Below the pieces are notes generated by a model. That model did not search any database, was not told where the DNA came from, and was given only the letters and a program-made list of their open reading frames with translations. A stretch of DNA of 14,472 nucleotides from Candidatus Krumholzibacteriia bacterium (lineage in GTDB: Bacteria > Krumholzibacteriota > Krumholzibacteriia > WVZY01), in assembly GCA_046754105.1 (NCBI GenBank), contig JBHHVD010000078.1, positions 1 to 14,472 of the forward strand, in the 5' to 3' direction. A program made the translations under genes and the position numbers. This document shows, one piece after another, positions 9,282-14,472 of this stretch; within the stretch, counting starts at the first letter, position 1; each line of letters opens with the position of its first letter.

Positions 9282-9337
9282 CAGGATTATCGGGGGTTAC
9301 GCGCGCCGGCGGCTGTCTCACCGACCGCTCGCCTAGT

Positions 9338-9409
9338 AATGTACGGCGCCGTGATTCGCGGAGCAAGCGCTTAATTGCGCTTGGCTGCCGTGTGCCGATA
9401 CCGTACACT
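9338..9409. promoter_or_regulatory. Back-to-back divergent sigma70-type promoters with a central inverted repeat
   Basis: Minus strand: TTGCTC (9366-9361), 17 nt, TACATT (9343-9338). Plus strand: TTGGCT (9381-9386), 17 nt, TACACT (9404-9409). CAAGCGC-ttaatt-GCGCTTG at 9364-9383. Confidence 0.5.
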
Positions 9410-9469
9410 ATCCCAGGTCTCAACGAATCGTCCGCATAATTAGACAGTCCGCCTCAAAAGGAGCTTGAA

Positions 9470-10597
9470 ATGAAGGAAATGACGTCCGATGAGCTGAGGA
9501 AGAAGCTCGTGTCCGGAGAGCGGATCGCGGTCGTCGACATCCGCGAAGCGGATGAATACGACGACTGGCATATCCACGGCAGCTCCAACATGCCCATGTA
9601 CAACGCGATCGTGGACGGGCGGGTATCCACCGTCGTCGGAGAGTTGTTCGAGGGCTTTGCGAACGACAAGCCGATCGTCACCGTCTGCCGCATGGGGGCT
9701 ACTTCCAAGGTCGCGGCCGGCGTGTTGGGGCGAATGGGATACGAGGCATTCAGTCTCACCGGCGGCATTCGTGGCTGGAGCAACGCGTGGACGGAAGCGG
9801 AGGTGCCGCTCGAGTCGGGCACCCGGCTGATCCAGGTTCGGCGCAACGGTAAGGGGTGTTTATCCTACGTCGTCGGCTCCGCCGGCAAGGCGGCCGTCGT
9901 GGACCCCTGCCTCGACGCATCCGTCTACACGGCGATTGCGGAACGGGAGGGCCTGAAAATTACGAGCGTCATCGAAACCCACGTGCATGCCGATCACATC
10001 TCCCGGGCACGCACGCTTTGCGAAACGACGGGAACCGATCCGTGCATTCCCGAGAATCAACGGGTTCGCTACGATTACGAGGCACTGAAGGACGGGCAAA
10101 CACTCAAGATCGGTGATACCAGGGTGAGCGTCATCATGACGCCGGGGCACACGACGGAGAGTGCCTGTTACGGCATCGACGGCGAAGTGCTGCTATCCGG
10201 AGATACGATCTTTGTGGAGGCACTCGGGCGGCCAGATCTGGAACGGGGTGACGCGGGTGCGGAAGAAGGCGCGAGACTGCTCTACGAGAGCCTGCACGAA
10301 AAGGTGCTCAAGATGGATCCGACCATCACAGTGTGCCCGGCGCATACCGGCGCCCCGATCGGGTTTGACGGCGAACCGGTGTCGGCGCCTTTGGGCGACA
10401 TCACTCAGGGTATCCATCTCCTGAACATGGCGAAGGAAGAGTTCATCCGGGTGGTCCCCGAAATGCTGGGGCGGAAACCACCCAACTTCGAGCGTGTCAT
10501 TTCGATCAACGAGGGCCGCGCCGAGCTGGGCTATCTGGATCCGCTCGAGCTCGAAGCGGGTCCGAATCGCTGCGCGGTCGGGAAACCGGCGCCGTAA
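9470..10597 (+). CDS. Rhodanese + metallo-beta-lactamase-fold fusion (YrkH-like; persulfide dioxygenase/sulfurtransferase type)
   Basis: N-terminal rhodanese (VVDIRE..EY..WHI.GS.N.P, active loop CRMGATS). MBL motifs GCLSY, THVHADH, TPGHT, SGDT.F and PAH, plus C-terminal GPNRCA. SD AAGGAG at 9458-9463. Confidence 0.9.
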   Translation: MKEMTSDELRKKLVSGERIAVVDIREADEYDDWHIHGSSNMPMYNAIVDGRVSTVVGELFEGFANDKPIVTVCRMGATSKVAAGVLGRMGYEAFSLTGGIRGWSNAWTEAEVPLESGTRLIQVRRNGKGCLSYVVGSAGKAAVVDPCLDASVYTAIAEREGLKITSVIETHVHADHISRARTLCETTGTDPCIPENQRVRYDYEALKDGQTLKIGDTRVSVIMTPGHTTESACYGIDGEVLLSGDTIFVEALGRPDLERGDAGAEEGARLLYESLHEKVLKMDPTITVCPAHTGAPIGFDGEPVSAPLGDITQGIHLLNMAKEEFIRVVPEMLGRKPPNFERVISINEGRAELGYLDPLELEAGPNRCAVGKPAP

Positions 10598-10620
10598 CAC
10601 GCGGCTCGGGAGCCACGACC

Positions 10621-11724
10621 ATGCCCGACGATCCGCGGCGTGAAATCCACCGGTTCGACCTCTCCGTCCCGCTCGACAGCGCGTCGACGCCTCCGTCTTC
10701 ATGGTACACGGACCCCGCCGTTCACCGCATCGAGATGCGGCGGGTGCTCGGCAACAACTGGCTGGCCGCCGCACGTGCCGGCCAGGTCGCTACGCCGGGC
10801 CGGTACGTGTGCGGCGAGATCGCAGGAGAACGGTACGTGATCGTCCGCGGAGAGGACGGTGAGCTTCGTGCCTTCTACAACGTGTGCCGCCACCACGCCG
10901 CCGCCGTCGTCACGGGTGACGGAACGGCCAAACGCCTCACCTGCCCCTACCATGGATGGACGTACGGTCTCGACGGCCGGCTGCTAAACGCCCCCGAACT
11001 CGGCGCCGTAAAGGATTTCGACCCCGATCACGTGGGACTGGTGCCCATGGCGGTTCAGACCTGGGGGCCTTTCGTGTTCATCTGCATGGGCGAGACCCCA
11101 CGCGACCTCGCCGCCGACCTGCTCGGGTTAAAAGACGCGCTTGATCGGACTCGTTTCGAAGCCTTGACCTTCGTCGCCAGCCGGACCTATACCCTGGCGT
11201 GTAACTGGAAAGTCTACGTGGACAATTACCTCGACGGCGGCTACCACGTCGCGTATCTGCACAAGGGTCTGGCGGCGCAACTCGATCTCGCCTCGTACGG
11301 AACCCACGTGTACGATCGCTACTCCATCCAGTCCGGAGCGGGCAAGACCGGGCACACGGCGGAGCCGGGGGGTGATTTCGCCGAACGGGTCGGCAAACAG
11401 GTGCTGTACGCGTGGATCTACCCCAACTTCATGATCAACCGCTACGGCTCCATCATGGACACCAATCGCGTCATCCCACGCGGTGTCGACCGGACCGAAG
11501 TGGTGTTCGATTATTACTTCGCGGAAACGGGGAAGGAATTCATCCGTAGAAGCATCGCCGCCAGCGACGTCGTCCAGCAGGAAGATGCGGGCATCTGCGA
11601 GGCGGTGCAGCGGGGTTTGGCATCACGGTCATACGATACGGGACGTTACTCGGCGAAACTCGAAATGGGCGAGCACCATTATCACCGCTTGCTCGCGGAG
11701 GACTTGCGTGCGGAGTGTGACTAA
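10621..11724 (+). CDS. Rieske non-heme iron oxygenase alpha subunit, choline monooxygenase-like
   Basis: Rieske ligands NVCRHH and CPYHGW; catalytic region CNWKVYVDNYLDGGYHVAYLH and QQEDAGICEAVQRGL.S..Y..GRY. The DNYLDGGYHV and TPPSSWYTD segments recall plant choline monooxygenase. Substrate not demonstrable from sequence. Confidence 0.88.
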   Translation: MPDDPRREIHRFDLSVPLDSASTPPSSWYTDPAVHRIEMRRVLGNNWLAAARAGQVATPGRYVCGEIAGERYVIVRGEDGELRAFYNVCRHHAAAVVTGDGTAKRLTCPYHGWTYGLDGRLLNAPELGAVKDFDPDHVGLVPMAVQTWGPFVFICMGETPRDLAADLLGLKDALDRTRFEALTFVASRTYTLACNWKVYVDNYLDGGYHVAYLHKGLAAQLDLASYGTHVYDRYSIQSGAGKTGHTAEPGGDFAERVGKQVLYAWIYPNFMINRYGSIMDTNRVIPRGVDRTEVVFDYYFAETGKEFIRRSIAASDVVQQEDAGICEAVQRGLASRSYDTGRYSAKLEMGEHHYHRLLAEDLRAECD

Positions 11725-12254
11725 CCGAACATCGCCAGGTATTTCTGGAGCTTGCCCCCCAGCTTGACCAGCTTCTCTACGTCTTCCCTGGGCATTTCAC
11801 GTATCTGTTCGTAGATCGTCGTCATGGTCTCGAAGAATTCGAGCATCTCCTCGAGGCGCTGTTTCGTGTACGCGTTCGGCGTATCGGATTTTTCGACCTC
11901 CTGCAGGCAGTCCCGCAGGACGATGAGCGTAGGATCGATCTCGCGCTGCTTCCGTCCCTCCAGCACGACCCTGAACAGTTCCCACACGTCCTTCATCGAC
12001 TCAAAGTGGTCCCGGCGGTCACCGAGTACGTGGACGACGTTCACCAGGTTCCAGGTTTGCAGGGCCTTCAGGCTGGTGCTGACGTTGGAGCGCGCGACGA
12101 ACAGCGTGCCGGCAATCTCTTCGGCGGTCACCGGGCCGGGCGAAAGGTGCAGCAGCGCGTGGATCTGCGCAATGGTTCGGTTGACGCCCCAGCGGGCGCC
12201 CATCTCCCCCCAGTGGAGAACGAACTTCTTTTCTGCTGACGACAGTTCCGGCAT
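11721..12254 (-). CDS. GbsR/MarR family winged-helix transcriptional regulator
   Basis: FVLHWGEMGARWGVNRTIAQIHALL, HTH AEEIAGTLFVARSNVSTSLKAL..WNLV, GDRRDHF and RKQREIDP. Confidence 0.9.
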   Translation of the reverse strand: MPELSSAEKKFVLHWGEMGARWGVNRTIAQIHALLHLSPGPVTAEEIAGTLFVARSNVSTSLKALQTWNLVNVVHVLGDRRDHFESMKDVWELFRVVLEGRKQREIDPTLIVLRDCLQEVEKSDTPNAYTKQRLEEMLEFFETMTTIYEQIREMPREDVEKLVKLGGKLQKYLAMFG

Positions 12255-12262
12255 ACGCTCTC

Positions 12263-12328
12263 ATGATACACGAGATGCCGGCGGCGCACAAACGTGAATT
12301 TGCTCGCTGACTTGCGTTCTGGTAGTAT
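12263..12328. promoter_or_regulatory. Divergent sigma70-type promoters for the regulator and the DUF418 gene
   Basis: Minus strand: TTGTGC (12291-12286), 17 nt, TATCAT (12268-12263), 8 nt, ATG 12254. Plus strand: TTGCTC (12300-12305), 17 nt, TAGTAT (12323-12328, with extended TG), 8 nt, ATG 12337. Confidence 0.6.
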
Positions 12329-12336
12329 CGACGCCG

Positions 12337-13800
12337 ATGACCACCGGCGGTGAATCAGACATCGAAAAGTTCGCCGGGCAGTGCGCCACCTGCCGGCACG
12401 CGGCCCGTGTAACCTCCAACCGAAACGGGGTGTTCTACCGGTGCCGGCTCGCCGAACGGGAACCGCGTTTTGTCAAGTATCCGCGACTACCCATGCGCTC
12501 CTGCCCCGGGTACAATCCCGGTGCCGCCCGGCCGCCGCGCGCGGACGCATCACGCGTGGATGCCACAGCTGCCCGCGCGGATGACGTTGCAAAACCGGTT
12601 CCCGCTTCGGAGCGCATCGCCTCTCTCGACGTGCTCCGTGGGTTTGCCGTGCTCGGCATCTTGATCGTGAACATTCAGAGTTTTGCCATGATCGATGCCG
12701 CCTATTTCAACCCGAGCGCCTGGGGAAGTATGGAGGGATCCAACGGCGTTGTGGCGGCGATGACGCACATCCTCGCCGACCAGAAGTTCATGACGCTGTT
12801 CGCCATGCTTTTCGGGGCGGGCGTGGTGCTCATGACCGCTCGTCGCGAAGAAAAAGGTCAACCGTCGAAGCGCCTTCATCAACGCCGCATGACGGTGCTT
12901 CTTGCATTCGGCCTTCTCCACGCGTACGGAATCTGGCACGGGGACATTCTCGTTCCGTACGCGCTGTGCGGTTTTATCGTTTATCCATTTCGAAAGCGTT
13001 CGCCGAAGTTCCTGATCGCGGCGGGCATACTCGCCATCGCCGTCGCTTCCGCGGTGTCGCTGCTGTCCGGCTGGTCGATGCAGTACTGGTCGGCCGAGCA
13101 ACTGGGCGAATTCAAGGCGGAATGGCATCCGGGCGGCGACCTGTTGTCGAGAGAACTGAGCGCGATGCGCGGCGGCCTCGTCGAGCAGCTGAGGCATCGC
13201 GCCCCGGAGGCGTTTGAGTTTCAGTTGTTCGTTTTTCTCGTGTGGGGCGTTTGGCGCGCCGGCGGCTTGATGCTGGCCGGCATGGGGCTATTCAAGCTCG
13301 GGGTGTTGAGCGCGCGGCGCTCCCGGCGCTTCTACGCGACCCTGGCAGCACTGGGCGTGGGGGTCGGTCTGCCGGTCACCGGCTGGGGATGGTACCGCAA
13401 CGTGCAGGCCGAATGGGACATCGAGTACTCGTTCTTCTTCGGATCCCAGTACAATTACTGGGCGAGCCTGGTAGTCAGCCTCGGGTGGCTGGGCATGGTG
13501 ATGCTCGTGTGCAAGTCGTCCGTACTGCGGTGGGCCAAAGCGTCCCTCGCCGCCGCGGGCCGCATGGCGTTGTCGAACTACATCGGCCAGTCCGTTATCT
13601 GCACCGCAATCTTTTACGGCCACGGGCTGGGGTATTTCGGCCGCGTCGACCGCCTCGGGCAGTTGGCAATCGTCGCCTCCGTATGGGCCGTGCAGCTGGC
13701 GGTCTCACCCTTGTGGCTGCGGTACTACCGCTACGGACCGCTGGAATGGCTGTGGCGCTCGCTTACCTACGGGCGCGCGCCTGCGATGCGGCGCGGGTGA
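12337..13800 (+). CDS. DUF418/YeiB-family membrane protein with N-terminal Cys-rich domain
   Basis: ERIASLDVLRGFAVLGIL.VNI, KFMTLFAMLFGAG, GDIL..YA, GRMALSNYI.QS and W.RYYRYGPLEWLWRSLTYG. Residues 16-56 carry CxxCxH...C...C. Confidence 0.88.
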   Translation: MTTGGESDIEKFAGQCATCRHAARVTSNRNGVFYRCRLAEREPRFVKYPRLPMRSCPGYNPGAARPPRADASRVDATAARADDVAKPVPASERIASLDVLRGFAVLGILIVNIQSFAMIDAAYFNPSAWGSMEGSNGVVAAMTHILADQKFMTLFAMLFGAGVVLMTARREEKGQPSKRLHQRRMTVLLAFGLLHAYGIWHGDILVPYALCGFIVYPFRKRSPKFLIAAGILAIAVASAVSLLSGWSMQYWSAEQLGEFKAEWHPGGDLLSRELSAMRGGLVEQLRHRAPEAFEFQLFVFLVWGVWRAGGLMLAGMGLFKLGVLSARRSRRFYATLAALGVGVGLPVTGWGWYRNVQAEWDIEYSFFFGSQYNYWASLVVSLGWLGMVMLVCKSSVLRWAKASLAAAGRMALSNYIGQSVICTAIFYGHGLGYFGRVDRLGQLAIVASVWAVQLAVSPLWLRYYRYGPLEWLWRSLTYGRAPAMRRG

Positions 13801-14018
13801 CGAGCCGCCGCGGCCTGGCGGCGAGGTACTCGTGCCATGGCGGTGACCTTGTTGGTGCCCGCCGGTTTGCCTTTGGCTTCGACAGACCATTCGCCGATCC
13901 AGAAATCGAACTGCCGGTACTCCGGGGCCGAGCATGGTTTCGGCGGCGCCTCCTGGGCGTATAACGGCACCCATGTCATTCCCAAGAGAACGACGCCTGC
14001 CAAGAGCGCTTTGTTCAA
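13767..14018 (-). pseudogene. Truncated N-terminal remnant of a secreted protein (C....YRQFDFWIGEW family; DUF1579-like by recollection)
   Basis: AGGGAG SD and TTG start at 14018, signal peptide ending LYA|Q, then PCSAPEYRQFDFWIGEWSV...G..AGTNKVT. Below ~13840 the frame degenerates and runs 34 nt into the convergent DUF418 gene. Confidence 0.6.
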
Positions 14019-14085
14019 GGTCTTCTCCCTTGTGGTCGTGGGGTTCACAACGCGCGTCCGGGCGCCCTCCCCGGGCCGCCGGTCG

Positions 14086-14346
14086 TCAGGACCCGGGGCG
14101 ACGGGCGATTTCGTCCACCGCGTCTTTGGCCTGTTTGAGATCGACGGAATGGATCTCGCGGTAGAGCTTGATGGCCATCATCTTGCGGCGCAGGCGGACC
14201 AGCCGCTCGACGTCGGCGTCCGTACCCTGACCCGGCGGGGGATAGATACCGGATTCGCGGGCACGGCGTTTCTGCCATTTATTGGACGCATCCAGAATAA
14301 ACAAGCCGGCGATGATAATTGCAACCGTGATGATGAGAGGCACCAT
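14086..14346 (-). CDS. Small single-TM protein with ribosomal L7/L12 C-terminal-like domain
   Basis: 86 aa. Hydrophobic N-terminus, then DVERLVRLRRKMMAIKLYREIHSVDLKQAKDAVD, matching the K..AIK..R......L.EAK..V pattern. The start codon directly follows the upstream stop (TAGATG). Confidence 0.75.
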   Translation of the reverse strand: MVPLIITVAIIIAGLFILDASNKWQKRRARESGIYPPPGQGTDADVERLVRLRRKMMAIKLYREIHSVDLKQAKDAVDEIARRPGS

Positions 14347-14472
14347 CTAGGTTTTGTTCCCCGTCGTAGCAGGCTTCTCGACGTCCTTCTCCGCGGGACG
14401 GGAGTCGGGCGTGGAACCGGCTGCACGTGTGGGTGCCGGCGCGGAGCCGGGTGCCGGCGCGGAGCCGGGTGC
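14347..14472 (-). CDS. 3' end of a gene entering from beyond the window; low-complexity Pro/Ala-rich tail
   Basis: Open 42-codon frame APGSAPAPGSAPAPTRAAGSTPDSRPAEKDVEKPATTGNKT*, whose TAG abuts the next ATG. Confidence 0.55.
   Translation of the reverse strand, partial: APGSAPAPGSAPAPTRAAGSTPDSRPAEKDVEKPATTGNKT
14431..14472. repeat. 18-bp tandem repeat (at least 2.3 copies, cut by the window edge)
   Basis: GGGTGCCGGCGCGGAGCC at 14431-14448 and 14449-14466, plus partial GGGTGC. Encodes APGSAP on the minus strand. Confidence 0.9.

Noticed and set aside
14431..14472. Repeat as a CRISPR array
   Set aside because: Head-to-tail 18-bp units with no spacers, a codon-multiple length, and no cas genes.

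Overview
GC-rich bacterial chromosomal segment with no mobile element, CRISPR array or structural RNA gene that I can recognise. Gene order: YegS/BmrU-type lipid kinase (+), YgfZ-type folate-binding protein (+), RluA-family pseudouridine synthase (-), POT peptide:H+ symporter (+), a probable three-gene unit of a degenerate NfnA/PyrK-like protein, PolX-PHP and endonuclease III (+), tandem-FKBP lipoprotein (-), rhodanese-MBL fusion plus choline-monooxygenase-like Rieske oxygenase (+), GbsR/MarR regulator (-), DUF418/YeiB membrane protein with a fused Cys-rich N-terminal domain (+), a truncated secreted-protein remnant (-), a small membrane protein with an L7/L12-CTD-like domain (-), and the 3' end of an upstream gene (-). 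The most unusual item is the NfnA-like protein: its FAD, NAD and [2Fe-2S] signature motifs are lost, yet the ORF is intact and translationally coupled to a base-excision-repair pair. Four genes appear to be near-leaderless. All family calls come from motifs recognised by eye; no searches were run.
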